This document shows positions 18,531 to 29,322 of a DNA stretch of 64,000 nt, one piece after another. Origin of the DNA: Acidobacteriota bacterium. Its GTDB lineage: Bacteria; Acidobacteriota; UBA890; WLXD01. The notes under the pieces were generated by a model, which worked only from the letters and a program-made list of their open reading frames with translations, was not told the origin of the DNA and did not search any database. The stretch's first letter is position 1. Every line of letters begins with the position of its first letter. The stretch covers positions 1,440,001-1,504,000 of the forward strand of contig CAXWPH010000015.1 in NCBI GenBank assembly GCA_963666055.2, in the 5' to 3' direction. Both the position numbers and the translations under genes were made by a program.

Positions 18531-20315
18531 ATGTCGAGGATGGGAGTGCAAATGGCGTTGGCATCGATATTGGCTGTAGCTTTGGCGACCGCCGGAGCAG
18601 ACGGAGAGCCGACCCGTCAGGACGATGCCGCGATTGTTGCCCGCGAGGGCGAACGCTACTGGGAGCATGTTGTCGAGCGCAGCCTCTACCAGCGCCTGAC
18701 GCTTGGCTTGCCGATCGAATCGCTCGACTATCCGACCGAGGCCGCCGCCGAACGCTCGGCCACCTTCGCCCGCTCGTTGCTGCAGCGGCTCGACGAGGTC
18801 GACGTCGCGGGGCTATCACACACCGATGTTCTCGATCTGGAGACGTTGCGCTGGCTGGCTCGAAGCCTCGCCGACTCGGCGCAGTTCTACTGGTTTGGAT
18901 TCGAGGTCACGCCCTACTCCTCGCCGCTGCCTGACTTGCGACAGGTGCTGTTGTCCCGTTCCCTGGGTACGCGGGAAGACCGGGATCTCTACCTGAGCTT
19001 GCTCGACGATGTTGCCGGATTCATCGACTCGATACAGCCGCGACTGCGTGGCCAGGCGGATCGAGGGATCCGCGTGCCAGTGCCCGAGCTCGACACGGTG
19101 GTTCCGTTCGTCGCGGCGATGATCGCCGAGGGGCCGAACAGCCCGTTCGGTGTTCACCGGGATCGGCTTGCTGCCGTGGATGACGGCGAGTCCTACGTGT
19201 TTCTTGCCGCGGTGGACATCGCCATCGTCGAAGCGAATCGGGCGCTCCTCGAGATCGTCGATCTGGTGGATGGGGCCGAATACCGGAATGCGGCGCCGGT
19301 GGGTGTCGGAGCGTGGCAGTTTCCTGGCGGCGAAGCCTGGTACCGGCACGCTGTGCGCCAGCGCACCACGCTCGACATCACGCCCGAGGAGGTTCATGAG
19401 ATCGGCGTCGAAGAGGTCGCGCGCATCGACTCGATGATGGTCTCGTTACGCCACGATCTGGGCTACGACGGCACCAAGGCCGACTTCCATACCTTCCTTA
19501 GAACCGATCCACGGTTCTTCCCCGAGACACCACAGCAGATTCACGACGTGCTGATGGGCTATGCCGCCGAGATGGATGATCAGCTCGACTCGATGTTCCT
19601 GCGTCGTCCCGAGGCGCCGTATGGGGTCAAGCGCCTCGAACCGGAGCGTGAGCCCGGCATGACGTTCGGAACCTACGAGGTACCTACCCCCACCGAGCCG
19701 ACCGGCTACTACCGATACAACGGGTCGCAGCTCGACGAGCGCTCGATGCTCTTCTTTCAGGCGCTTACCTACCACGAGCTGGTGCCCGGTCACCATTTCC
19801 AGATGAGCTTGCAGGCGGAGAACGCCGCGCTGCCTGATTTCCGCCGCTTTTCTTCGTTCGATGCCTATACCGAGGGATGGGGCGACTACGCCTCGGGTCT
19901 CGGGGTCGAGGCCGGTCTCTACGATGACCCCTACGATGCCTACGGTCGCCAGACGATGGACATGTTCATCTCCGTGCGACTCGTCGTTGACACCGGAATG
20001 AACTTGCTCCGCTGGCCGCGGGCGCGCGCCACCCGCTACATGCTCGACAACGTGATCGAGACGGAGACGCAGATTGCCAGCGAGACGCTGCGCTATGCGG
20101 TCGACATGCCCGGCCAAGCGCTGGCCTACAAAGTGGGATCCCGGCTTTTCTGGGACCTGCGCCGCCGCGCCGAGCAAGCACTGGGTAACGGCTTCGATCT
20201 GGCGCGTTTCCACGACGCCATCCTGAGTCAGGGCTCAATGCCGTTGCAGGTGTTCGAGCAGCACGTCGACTGGTTCATCGAGCAGGAGCAAGGCGAGGGC
20301 GGCGCGATCGAATAG
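18531..20315 (+). CDS. DUF885 family protein (secreted, putative metallopeptidase)
   Basis: HELVPGHHFQ, YTEGWGDY, RLVVDTG, PGQALAYKVG. Confidence 0.92.
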   Translation: MSRMGVQMALASILAVALATAGADGEPTRQDDAAIVAREGERYWEHVVERSLYQRLTLGLPIESLDYPTEAAAERSATFARSLLQRLDEVDVAGLSHTDVLDLETLRWLARSLADSAQFYWFGFEVTPYSSPLPDLRQVLLSRSLGTREDRDLYLSLLDDVAGFIDSIQPRLRGQADRGIRVPVPELDTVVPFVAAMIAEGPNSPFGVHRDRLAAVDDGESYVFLAAVDIAIVEANRALLEIVDLVDGAEYRNAAPVGVGAWQFPGGEAWYRHAVRQRTTLDITPEEVHEIGVEEVARIDSMMVSLRHDLGYDGTKADFHTFLRTDPRFFPETPQQIHDVLMGYAAEMDDQLDSMFLRRPEAPYGVKRLEPEREPGMTFGTYEVPTPTEPTGYYRYNGSQLDERSMLFFQALTYHELVPGHHFQMSLQAENAALPDFRRFSSFDAYTEGWGDYASGLGVEAGLYDDPYDAYGRQTMDMFISVRLVVDTGMNLLRWPRARATRYMLDNVIETETQIASETLRYAVDMPGQALAYKVGSRLFWDLRRRAEQALGNGFDLARFHDAILSQGSMPLQVFEQHVDWFIEQEQGEGGAIE

Positions 20316-20398
20316 GACCCTTTGCAGAGCCGCTATAGGGTGTTGCCAGAGCCGGGCGCGCCGGCGAAGCCAACCGAAAACGAGCCGCGAGGAAGCAG

Positions 20399-21376
20399 AT
20401 GACCGCTACCCATGCCATACGGATCCACGAGTACGGCGGACCGGAGGTGCTTACCTGGGAGGAGGTCGAGCTTCCCGAGGTCGGTCCCGGCCAGGCGCTT
20501 GTTCGGCATACGGCGATCGGGCTGAACTATATCGATACCTATCACCGGTCGGGCCTCTATCCGGTTGCTGAGTTGCCGGCGGTGCTTGGGGTCGAGGCCG
20601 CCGGTGTCGTCGAGGCGGTCGGCGAGGGCGTAGAGCACATCGCGGTGGGCGATCGGGTAGCGGAGGGAACCGCGTCGGGTGCCTACAGCGAGCGGCGCGT
20701 GCTGGCCGCCGAGCACCTCGTCAAGCTGCCCGCCGATGTCGATGACGAGCAGGCGGCTGCGATCATGCTCAAGGGTTTGACCGCCCGCATGCTGTTGCGG
20801 CAGACGTACTGCGTCGAGCCTGGCGATACGGTGCTCGTTCACGCCGCCGCCGGCGGCGTCGGCACCATTCTTTGCCCCTGGGCCAAGGCGCTCGGGGCCA
20901 CTGTCATCGGCACCGCCGGCACCGCTGAGAAAGCGGCGATGGCGGCGGCGAACGGCTGTGACCACACCATCGTTTACACGCGCGCGAGCTTCGCCGAGCG
21001 CGTTGCCGAGATCACCGAAGGAAATGGCGTACAGGTGGTCTACGACGGCGTCGGCAAGGTGACCTTCGACGAGTCGCTCGAATGCCTGGCACGCAATGGA
21101 TTAATGGCGAGCTTCGGAAACGCGTCGGGCGCTGTGGAGCCGTTCAGCATCCTGCGGCTGCTCCCCAAGGGCCTTTACCTGGCGCGTCCGTCGATGTCCA
21201 GCGAGATCATCCCGGGCGAGGGGCTACGTGTTGCCGCCGCCGAGCTATTCAGCGCGGTCGCCGATGGAATCGTCACGCCCACCATCGGGGTGCGATTCCC
21301 GCTGGTGGAGGTTGCCGACGCCCACCGGTCGCTGGAGTCACGCGGCACGACGGGCTCAACTGTCCTGCTGCCCTAG
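20399..21376 (+). CDS. qor: NADPH:quinone oxidoreductase
   Basis: AIGLNYIDTYHRSGLY, HAAAGGVG, VVYDGVG, TTGSTVL. Confidence 0.92.
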   Translation: MTATHAIRIHEYGGPEVLTWEEVELPEVGPGQALVRHTAIGLNYIDTYHRSGLYPVAELPAVLGVEAAGVVEAVGEGVEHIAVGDRVAEGTASGAYSERRVLAAEHLVKLPADVDDEQAAAIMLKGLTARMLLRQTYCVEPGDTVLVHAAAGGVGTILCPWAKALGATVIGTAGTAEKAAMAAANGCDHTIVYTRASFAERVAEITEGNGVQVVYDGVGKVTFDESLECLARNGLMASFGNASGAVEPFSILRLLPKGLYLARPSMSSEIIPGEGLRVAAAELFSAVADGIVTPTIGVRFPLVEVADAHRSLESRGTTGSTVLLP

Positions 21377-21469
21377 CAGAGTTGCTTCCGTGGCAGTTAC
21401 GCATGATCAGTATGATAAATTATACCTACTAAGTATCTTATAACATGTACGACCAAGAGAGAGACTCCC

Positions 21470-21685
21470 ATGCGAAAGAAGCGCATCACGGTGACCGTCG
21501 ACCCGGATGTCGCCGATTACCTGGACTCGGTGCCGAACAAGAGCCTCGTAGTTTCCGAGGCGGTGCGGAGCTACAGTACTGCAGAGCTTGAGCGCCAACT
21601 CCAAGAGGCATATCGCAGCGACTACGAGGACGCCTCCCGGCTCGCCGCGGAATGGGAGCCGGCCGACGCCGCGGTCGAGGAATGA
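21470..21685 (+). CDS. Antitoxin (ribbon-helix-helix-like)
   Basis: KRITVTVD N-terminal strand, acidic tail; ATGA overlap with mazF. Confidence 0.8.
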   Translation: MRKKRITVTVDPDVADYLDSVPNKSLVVSEAVRSYSTAELERQLQEAYRSDYEDASRLAAEWEPADAAVEE

Positions 21686-22041
21686 AGCGTGCGCTCGAAC
21701 GCGGCGATGTCGTGCTCGTCAGACTCGATCCCGCCGAAGGTAAGGAGATCCGGAAGACGCGTCCCGCCGTGGTGGTGTCGAACGACGCCGCGTGTCGTTT
21801 CGACGCGGTGGTCCAGGTGGTCCCGGTGACGGGACTTCGCGATCGGCCCCTCCGGCCGTACGAGGTGCAGCTCGCTTCATGTCAGAGTGGGCTCGCGAAA
21901 CCCTCTCGTGCGGTCGCCAATCAGCTCCGAACCGTCACCCGGCAGCGTCTTATCGATCGCCTGGGTAGGCTGACGCCGACGGAGCTCGAAGCAGTGGATC
22001 AAGCCGTCTCCATCCAGCTCGGCCTCTGGCGCGCGCCCTGA
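21682..22041 (+). CDS. mazF: PemK/MazF family toxin
   Basis: RGDVVLVRLDP..GKEIRKTRPAVVVSND..QLRTV..RLGRL. Confidence 0.93.
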   Translation: MKRALERGDVVLVRLDPAEGKEIRKTRPAVVVSNDAACRFDAVVQVVPVTGLRDRPLRPYEVQLASCQSGLAKPSRAVANQLRTVTRQRLIDRLGRLTPTELEAVDQAVSIQLGLWRAP

Positions 22042-22046
22042 GGACG

Positions 22047-23021
22047 CTACTTCGGTAGGTACCGCTTGGGGAACTTTGCTACGACTGTGTAGATCGGGTC
22101 GACGATGTTGGCCACCGAGCTTTCACCGAGCTGTCCAACGAGGTGGTACGCGTCCCAGCGGTCGAAGCCGTAGTCGGCTTCGAGCCACTCGATGAGCTCG
22201 ACGTGGGCGAGCCGAAACGTATCGATGAGCGGCCGGGCGCTGCCGGCGACCATGATGAACTCGTCGTCCTCGAGGCGGGGCCAGTCGATGCCGGTGTCCT
22301 TGATCAGATCGATGCGCAGCACCACGTCCATCGACGTCTCCAGCCCGGTGCCGTTGACTTCACCCTCGCCCTGACGGGCGTGGCCGTCGCCGAAGTAGAA
22401 GTAGGCGCCCTCGTGGAACACCGGCAGGTAAACGGTGGTTCCCGGGGACACCTCCTGGGCGTCCAGGTTGCCGCCGAAGTCGCCCGGCCATAGGCCAGCG
22501 AACGCCTCCTCGCCACGCGGCGCTACTGCTACCCGGCCGAGCATCGGCTTCAGATCGATGGTGATGCTGCCGCTCGCGCTGTTGGGCAGGTCCACGGTGC
22601 CGGTCATCGCCTCGCGATCGAGACGCCACTCGTAGCGCTTGAACGGAATGGGGTCGTTGAGCAACCGCAGTCGGGAGTCGGAGGCCAGGCCGCCGAAGCC
22701 GGGGCTGATCTGCGCCCCGGCAGTGTCCATGTTGGGCACCACCTCGATGATCTCGATGACCAGCGTGTCACCTGGCTCCGCGCCCTCGATGAAGAACGGC
22801 CCTACCTCGCCGGGGAAGGCGCCACCGCCCGGATCGTAGTAGGGGCCGTGGTTGGTGCGCGAGTGCAGCTCGGTGTTGGGCTGGATGCGCAGCACCGGTT
22901 CGCGCACGGCGAACGTCGGGTAGCCGATGGTCGGCTCGAAGTAGACGACTTCCTGGGCCAACGCGGTAGCCGGCAACAGGACTAGCAAGGCCAGGACGGT
23001 GAGCGATCGAGCGCTACGCAT
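22047..23021 (-). CDS. Acetamidase/formamidase family protein, secreted
   Basis: GPFFIEGAEPGD, GGNLD, FGDGHARQGEGEV. Confidence 0.9.
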   Translation of the reverse strand: MRSARSLTVLALLVLLPATALAQEVVYFEPTIGYPTFAVREPVLRIQPNTELHSRTNHGPYYDPGGGAFPGEVGPFFIEGAEPGDTLVIEIIEVVPNMDTAGAQISPGFGGLASDSRLRLLNDPIPFKRYEWRLDREAMTGTVDLPNSASGSITIDLKPMLGRVAVAPRGEEAFAGLWPGDFGGNLDAQEVSPGTTVYLPVFHEGAYFYFGDGHARQGEGEVNGTGLETSMDVVLRIDLIKDTGIDWPRLEDDEFIMVAGSARPLIDTFRLAHVELIEWLEADYGFDRWDAYHLVGQLGESSVANIVDPIYTVVAKFPKRYLPK

Positions 23022-23092
23022 GGCGTTCTCCGAACGATGGTTGGAGGTGGGGCTGCGGCAACGTACGTGGCGTCGAGCGAACAGTCAACAGA

Positions 23093-24298
23093 TCAGCTGT
23101 GCTCAGTTTCTATTGCGGCTCCCGAGCTCAGCATCGCTTCGATCTCGGTCTCTTCGTAGCCGGCCTCGCTCAGCACCTGCCGGGTGTGTTGCCCGAATAG
23201 CGGCGCCGGCCCGCGAACCGACGCGGGCGACTCGCTCAGCTTGATCGGAGGCCCGATAGTCGGCATACGACCGGCCGTGGGGTGCTCGACGTACGTGAGC
23301 ATGTCGCGGGCGAGGCTCTGGGGGTGATGCAGCGCCTCTCCCACCGAAAGCACCGGCCCTGCGGGTATACCTGCGGCGCCCAGAGCGGCGAGCCACGCGT
23401 CGGTGCCCTGCTGCTGGAGGCGTTTCTGCACGAGATCCACGAGCACCTGGCGATGCTCGAGCCGACCCGCATTGTCGGCAAAGCGGTCGTCGTCGAGTAG
23501 CTCCGGCATTCCGAGAACGGCGGGGAGTCGCTCCCAATTTGTCTGGGTAGGCGTGCCCAGGGTGATCCAGCCGTCGGCGGTGCGGAAAGCCTCGTAGGGC
23601 GCCGAAAGCGGATGCGCACTGCCCATCGGACCAGGGGACTTTCCAGTGGCGAGCGCGATGGCCGCCTGCCAGAAGGTGGTCAGGAGGCCGGCTTCGAACA
23701 GCGATGTTTCGACCTGTTGGCCGCGGCCGGTCTGGTTGCGGCGGTGCAGCGCCGAGGCCACCCCCAGCGCGGCAAGAATTCCAGCGCCGATGTCGGTGAG
23801 CGGCACGCCGACCTTCACCGGCGGACGCCCCTCGCCCTCGCCGGTGATGCTCATGATGCCCGCGTACCCCTGTGCGACAAGATCCAGGCCACCTTCCTCG
23901 GCCATCGGCCCGTTACTGCCGTAGCCGGTGATACTGCAGTAGATGAGCTCCGGAAAGTCGGCCTCGAGCGACGCGTAGTCGAGGCCGAGGCGTGCCAGGC
24001 TTCCGGGGCGATAGTTCTCGATCAGGACGTCGGCGTCGGCCAGCAGCCGCAGCAGCGCGTCGCGGCCATCGGGACTCTTGATGTCGAGCGCGATGCCCCG
24101 CTTGTTGCGGTTGAGCATCAGGAACGCTGCCGCCTCGCCGCCCTGCTCAGGCGGTACGAACTTGCGCGTCGGGTCGCCAGTTGGACGCTCGACCTTCACC
24201 ACGTCGGCCCCCAGGTCGGCAAGCATCAAGCCGCACACCGGGCCCGCCATGACGTGCGCCAGCTCGATTACCCGGACGCCGTCGAGGGGGCCGCTCAT
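23093..24298 (-). CDS. CaiB/BaiF family III CoA transferase
   Basis: GPLDGVRVIE, LADLGADVVKVE, NRNKR, ENYRPG. Confidence 0.95.
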   Translation of the reverse strand: MSGPLDGVRVIELAHVMAGPVCGLMLADLGADVVKVERPTGDPTRKFVPPEQGGEAAAFLMLNRNKRGIALDIKSPDGRDALLRLLADADVLIENYRPGSLARLGLDYASLEADFPELIYCSITGYGSNGPMAEEGGLDLVAQGYAGIMSITGEGEGRPPVKVGVPLTDIGAGILAALGVASALHRRNQTGRGQQVETSLFEAGLLTTFWQAAIALATGKSPGPMGSAHPLSAPYEAFRTADGWITLGTPTQTNWERLPAVLGMPELLDDDRFADNAGRLEHRQVLVDLVQKRLQQQGTDAWLAALGAAGIPAGPVLSVGEALHHPQSLARDMLTYVEHPTAGRMPTIGPPIKLSESPASVRGPAPLFGQHTRQVLSEAGYEETEIEAMLSSGAAIETEHS

Positions 24299-25074
24299 CG
24301 ACCGTTGAACTCCGGCTTGCGCTTGCCGAGAAACGCCTCGAAGCCGGCCCGGTAGTCATCGGTTCCGAAGCACGCGTAGCCCTCGGCAATCTCTTCATCG
24401 GTTAGCGGCGCCGGATCCTGGAGCCGGCGGATGAACTTCTTGTGCCAGCGGTTGACCAGCGGCGCCCGGTCGACGATGAGCCGGGTCAGGGTGGCCACCA
24501 CGCCCTCGAGCTGGTCCTCTTTGACGACACGACCCACGAGGCCGAGCCCCAGGGCCCGTTCGGCGCTGAACACCTCCCCCGACAAGAGGATCTCCGATGC
24601 GGCGGCGGGGCCGACTGTGCGTTGAAGCAGCCCCAGCTCCCCGTAGGACATGGTCAGCCCGAGCTGGTTCACCGGCACGCCAAAGCGGCTCGATTGTGCG
24701 CACACGCGCAGATCGCAGGCGAGGGCCACCGCGAGCCCGCCGCCAACGCACACGCCGTGAATTTGAGCGACAGTAGGATGTCGGCAGGTCGTGGCCGCCT
24801 CGATGCCGGCGAGCTCGATCTTGCCGTAGGCCGTGGCCCGTTCGATGTCGGAGCGCTGCTCGGCAAACTCTGCCACGTCGGCCCCGGCGCAGAAGGCTCG
24901 ATCGCCGGCTCCGCGCACCACGATGCAGCGCACTTCGTCGTTCGCGTCGAGGGCTTGGAAAGCCTCGCCCAGTAGGCGCCACGATTCCTCGTCGAGCGCG
25001 TTGAGTCGCTCCGGACGGTTCAGCGTCACCGTCGCCAGCGGCGCCGTTGCGTCGACCAGGATCTTGTCAGCCAT
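24295..25074 (-). CDS. Enoyl-CoA hydratase/isomerase (crotonase) family protein
   Basis: LNRPERLNAL, AFCAGADV, GVCVGGG. Confidence 0.93.
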   Translation of the reverse strand: MADKILVDATAPLATVTLNRPERLNALDEESWRLLGEAFQALDANDEVRCIVVRGAGDRAFCAGADVAEFAEQRSDIERATAYGKIELAGIEAATTCRHPTVAQIHGVCVGGGLAVALACDLRVCAQSSRFGVPVNQLGLTMSYGELGLLQRTVGPAAASEILLSGEVFSAERALGLGLVGRVVKEDQLEGVVATLTRLIVDRAPLVNRWHKKFIRRLQDPAPLTDEEIAEGYACFGTDDYRAGFEAFLGKRKPEFNGR

Positions 25075-25095
25075 GCGGTCACCGGTGGCTGCGCG

Positions 25096-26385
25096 TCAGG
25101 CTGCTCCGAAGAGCAGTCGCACCAGACTGAGCGGTATGGCGGGAACGTACGTGACCAGGAGCAGCGTTACCAGCAAAGCGGCGACAAACGGGACGTTCAC
25201 CTTGCTGACCTCCCAAATGTCGGCCTTGGCCACCGAGCACGCGGTGACCAGCACCGACGCCACGGGTGGCGTTTGCTGCCCGATTCCCAGATTGAGCGTC
25301 ACCACGAGCCCGAAGTGGACCGGGTCGATGCCGACGGCGTGTACGAGGGGCATGACGATCGGCACGACCAGAATGATCGCCGACGCCGAGTGCAGGAACA
25401 GCCCGATGACCAGGAACAGCACGTTGAGCAGCAACAGCACCATCCAGGGGCTGTCGGTAAGCCCGGTGATCCCGGCGGCGAGTTGCTGCGGCACCTGCGC
25501 CTGGGTCAGGAAGGTGCCGAGCAGTGCCGAAGTACCCACCAGCAACATGACAACGGCAGTCTGCACGCCACCCTCGAGCATGGCGCTGCGCAGGTGGTTC
25601 CAGTCGAGCTCCCGATAGACGAGCCCGCCAATGAGGATCGCTGCTACCACCGCTAGCCCGGCGCCCTCGGTGGCGGTGACGAAGCCGCCGAATATGCCAC
25701 CGAGGATGATCGCCGGTAGCGACAGCGCCCACATTGCGTCACGGAAAGTGCGCCGCAGGCGTCGTAGCTCGAATGCCTCCTCGACCGGGAAGTCGTGGCG
25801 GATCGCCATGCCGTAGGCAATGCCCATCATCAACATCCCGCCGATCAAGCCCGGGATCACCCCGGCGACGAACAGCTTGATTACCGAGGTCCCCGACATC
25901 ACCGCATACAGGATCATCGGGATCGACGGCGGAATAATCACCGCCAGCGTCGCCGAGGACGAGGTTACCGCTGCGGCGAACTCACGCGAGTAGCCCTTGC
26001 GCTGCATGGCCGGGATGAGGATCGAGCCCAGCGCTGCCACGTCGGCCACTGCCGAACCGGAGATCTCGGCGAAGAACAGCGAGGCGCCGATCGTCACCAT
26101 CGCCAGGCCACCTCGAACGAAGCCCAGCAATGCCGAGGCGAACGCAACCAGGCGTCGGGAGATGCCCGAGGCGTTCATGATCGCCCCAGCCAGAATGAAG
26201 AGTGGAATGGCAATGAGCGGGAACTTGGTGGTGCCGTCGAACAGCACCAGAGCGACGTTGGGCAGCATCGCCACCCCAGAAGTCGCCAGCATGGCAGCCA
26301 CTGCCACCACCCCTAGCGCCACGGCGATCGGCACATTCAAGAGCACCAGCCCCACCAGGCCGACGAGCATCCAGAGCAACGTCAT
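25096..26385 (-). CDS. dctM: TRAP transporter large permease
   Basis: AIPLFILAG, SGSAVAD, IIPPSIPMILY, DPVHFG, TPPV. Confidence 0.93.
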   Translation of the reverse strand: MTLLWMLVGLVGLVLLNVPIAVALGVVAVAAMLATSGVAMLPNVALVLFDGTTKFPLIAIPLFILAGAIMNASGISRRLVAFASALLGFVRGGLAMVTIGASLFFAEISGSAVADVAALGSILIPAMQRKGYSREFAAAVTSSSATLAVIIPPSIPMILYAVMSGTSVIKLFVAGVIPGLIGGMLMMGIAYGMAIRHDFPVEEAFELRRLRRTFRDAMWALSLPAIILGGIFGGFVTATEGAGLAVVAAILIGGLVYRELDWNHLRSAMLEGGVQTAVVMLLVGTSALLGTFLTQAQVPQQLAAGITGLTDSPWMVLLLLNVLFLVIGLFLHSASAIILVVPIVMPLVHAVGIDPVHFGLVVTLNLGIGQQTPPVASVLVTACSVAKADIWEVSKVNVPFVAALLVTLLLVTYVPAIPLSLVRLLFGAA

Positions 26386-26912
26386 GGTGTGCCTGCGGCG
26401 GGTGTAGCGGATGGTGCATCGGGTCGCGCCCCCGATGCGCCGAGCGTCAAGGTCTCTGCGGCCGCCAACAGCTCTGCGATCACGAACAGCAGCGCGCCGA
26501 TCGGAATTACCGACTGACTCAGTGCCACCGGCACCCACGGCAGACCAACCAAGTAGGTGCCGGCCAGCGCACGCACCACCTGGGCGCCCGAGACCGCCAC
26601 CAGCACGAAGAAGCCGATGACGATGATCTCGCGCACCACCCAGGCGATTTTTTGTCGGATCGGCGCCAGCCCTTGAATGAGCGTCGGGAAGCCGATGTGA
26701 CGCCCGTTCAGGGCTGCCAGCGCGGCGCCGTAGTAGGTCAGCCAGGCCAGGAGGATGGATGCCAGCTCGTCGTACCAGGCCAACGCCATGCCCGCCTTGC
26801 GGAAGCCCACCCCGAGCAGCACGACGATCGCGAGGCTGCCCACGAGCCCGAGCACGATGCTCTCGAGCAGCCGCTGCAGGGCGCCACGCCAACGCCCGAG
26901 ATCAGTCGGCAC
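26382..26912 (-). CDS. dctQ: TRAP transporter small permease
   Basis: Four TM segments, WYDELA..WLTYYGAALA..HI; lies between dctP and dctM. Confidence 0.88.
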   Translation of the reverse strand: MPTDLGRWRGALQRLLESIVLGLVGSLAIVVLLGVGFRKAGMALAWYDELASILLAWLTYYGAALAALNGRHIGFPTLIQGLAPIRQKIAWVVREIIVIGFFVLVAVSGAQVVRALAGTYLVGLPWVPVALSQSVIPIGALLFVIAELLAAAETLTLGASGARPDAPSATPAAGTP

Positions 26913-27948
26913 CGAGTTCCAAGACCGCGCCCAGCAGCTCGTCGCCGCCTTCGACCTCGGCGGCGAATTCGGCGTAGATCGGACGGCTGGCGCTGCTGAA
27001 GGCCTGGCGATCGACGTCGTTGACCTGTAGGCCGTCGCCGCGGAGCTTGTCCAGCAACTCGGCATCGAGGCGGGCGGCGGTCTCGTGCACGAAGGGCTGC
27101 ATGTCACGCGCGATCCGTGCAACGTCCTCGCGCACGTCGGCGGGAAGAGCGTCCCAGCGCCCGGATCCGGCGGTGACGTAGGCAGGCGTGTAGACGTGAC
27201 CGGTCAACGACAGATACGTCTGTACCTCCTGGAACTGCTGGCTGTCGATCTGTGTGAGCGGGTTTTCCTGCCCGTCCATCACCCCGGTCTGCAACGCCAC
27301 GAAGACCTCTGCCATCGGCATCGGGCTGGGGTTGGCGCCAAAGGCCTGAAACATCTTCACCCGCCACAGGCCCCGCGGCGTGCGTAGCTTGATTCCGCGT
27401 AGGTCATCGGGCGTGTGCACCGGGCGCACGTTGCTGGTTACGTGGCGAAAACCGTTCTCCCACACCGCCAGGATCTCGAACCCGTGTCGCTGCGCCTGCG
27501 GCGCCAGCCGATCCCAGAAAACTGCTGCTTCGATCCGACGCATGTGCTGGCGATCGCGCACCAGGTAGGGCAGCTCGAACAGGCCGAAGACGGCAACGTT
27601 CGATGACATCACCGTCGACGGTAGCGCCATGTCGAGTGTTCCGAGACTCAGCTTCTGCAGCATCACCTCGTCACCGCCGAGCTGGCTGGAGCCGAACACC
27701 TGGAGGCGCACTCGATCGCCGATCTCGGCCTCGACGCGTCGGGCGAGCTCGTTGGCGGTGAGAGCGTAGAGCGAACCCGGGGCGCCGACATGGCCGAAGG
27801 TCAGAACCAGCGGCCCGGCCGGCGCGCCGCCGGAACAGGCAATCGCCCCAGCCGTGGCTACGAGCAGAGTCAGCGTCGCCGGGCGGTTCGCTGCCGGGCG
27901 TGGCGTCGCCGCGGCACCGGAGCGCGATCTGCAGGTGCGGGCACGCAT
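26902..27948 (-). CDS. dctP: TRAP substrate-binding protein (probable lipoprotein)
   Basis: ENGFRH, DLRGIKLR, ALQTGVMDGQENP, EVQTYLSLTGHVY; AIAC lipobox-like. Confidence 0.92.
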   Translation of the reverse strand: MRARTCRSRSGAAATPRPAANRPATLTLLVATAGAIACSGGAPAGPLVLTFGHVGAPGSLYALTANELARRVEAEIGDRVRLQVFGSSQLGGDEVMLQKLSLGTLDMALPSTVMSSNVAVFGLFELPYLVRDRQHMRRIEAAVFWDRLAPQAQRHGFEILAVWENGFRHVTSNVRPVHTPDDLRGIKLRTPRGLWRVKMFQAFGANPSPMPMAEVFVALQTGVMDGQENPLTQIDSQQFQEVQTYLSLTGHVYTPAYVTAGSGRWDALPADVREDVARIARDMQPFVHETAARLDAELLDKLRGDGLQVNDVDRQAFSSASRPIYAEFAAEVEGGDELLGAVLELGAD

Positions 27949-29135
27949 CAGCCAGTGCCCGCTGCACCCGTCGGTGCCAGTGACTCGAGCGCTGCGGTTA
28001 CTCCGCCGGAACGACACGGCACGCCCGCCAGGCGCAACCCCATCTCCACTCCGCTGAGGGCGCCGGCAAGCGCCAGCTCGTTGAGCTCGCCCAGGTGGCC
28101 GATGCGGAAGACCTTGCCTTGGAGCGGTCCGAGGCCGGTGCCGAGCGACATGTCGAAGTTCTCGAGAATCACCTGGCGCACCTCGTCGGCGTCGACCCCT
28201 TCTGGCGTCATGACTGCGGTAAGCGAGCTGCTGGCGTTCGCCGGATTGGCGCAGTACATCTCCAGCCCCCACGCCCGCACCGCCGCTCGGGTTGCCGATG
28301 CCAGGCGATCGTGTCGCGCGAAGACCGCCGCCTCGCCCTCTTCACGCAACATGGCGAGCGCCTCTGACAACCCGAAGAGCAGGTTGGTGGCCGGTGTGTA
28401 GGGAAAGAAACCGCGGGCGTTCTGGGTGTGCAGTGCGGCCCAGTCCCAGTACGCACGCGGCAGGCGGGCGTTGTCGTTGGCGGCGAGCGCCTTGGCGCTG
28501 ACCGAGTTGAACGACAGGCCTGGTGGGAGCATGAGTCCTTTCTGCGATCCGGTTACCACCACGTCCACGCCCCACTCGTCTTGCGGCAGCGGCATCGACG
28601 CCAGCGACGACACCGCATCCACCAGCAACAGGGCGCCATGCCCGGCCCGATCGAGCGCCGCTCGGATGGCGGCGATGTCGGATCGAACCCCGGTGGACGT
28701 CTCACTGTGCACTACGGCGACGGCGCCATAAGGAGCATCGCCCTCGCTGCCCAACCGCTCCTCGACCGCTGCCGGATCGACCGGTTGGCGCCAGTCGCCC
28801 GGCACCATGTCGACGATGAGCCCGAGACGCTCGGCGATGCCACACCAACCACGGGCAAAGAAGCCGTGATCGAACATCAGCACGCGGTCACCCGGCGACA
28901 GGGTATTGGCGAGTGCCGCTTCCCAGGCGCCGCTGCCCGAGGCGGGGAAGATCATCATCTCGCCGTCGGGGTTATGGAAGAGCTTCTTCAAACCCTCGAG
29001 GAGTTCCCTGGTGAGGCGCGCGAACTCAGAGCCGCGATGGTCGATCGTGGGGCGGGCCACGGCTCGCAGCACGCGCTCGGGCACGTTCGTGGGCCCGGGA
29101 ACTTGAAGAAAATGTCGCCCGCCGGGAGAACTCAC
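27948..29135 (-). CDS. Serine/alanine-glyoxylate aminotransferase (class V PLP)
   Basis: GRHFLQVPGPTNVP, HSETSTG, VDAVSS, GSQKGLMLPPG, FPYTP, FRIGHLG. Confidence 0.93.
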   Translation of the reverse strand: MSSPGGRHFLQVPGPTNVPERVLRAVARPTIDHRGSEFARLTRELLEGLKKLFHNPDGEMMIFPASGSGAWEAALANTLSPGDRVLMFDHGFFARGWCGIAERLGLIVDMVPGDWRQPVDPAAVEERLGSEGDAPYGAVAVVHSETSTGVRSDIAAIRAALDRAGHGALLLVDAVSSLASMPLPQDEWGVDVVVTGSQKGLMLPPGLSFNSVSAKALAANDNARLPRAYWDWAALHTQNARGFFPYTPATNLLFGLSEALAMLREEGEAAVFARHDRLASATRAAVRAWGLEMYCANPANASSSLTAVMTPEGVDADEVRQVILENFDMSLGTGLGPLQGKVFRIGHLGELNELALAGALSGVEMGLRLAGVPCRSGGVTAALESLAPTGAAGTG

Positions 29136-29322
29136 CGGAGATCCTCTGGTTGCGCTCGGCTTGCTGTGCGAGCGTTGTTTTCTGAAGCGCGCCGCGATCG
29201 GCGGCACAATGGTACCGCTCCGGCCGCGTGACATGGATGCGGGCGGCCCGGAAGCGCACGCCGACCGTTGGCAGAGTTCTTCAGCACCCTGCCAGATTCC
29301 CGAGTACGCCGGCACTACGAAG

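Noticed and set aside
27948-29135. Serine-cycle methylotrophy (sgaA)
   Set aside because: No hpr, mtk, mcl or methanol dehydrogenase nearby; the context is a TRAP catabolic operon
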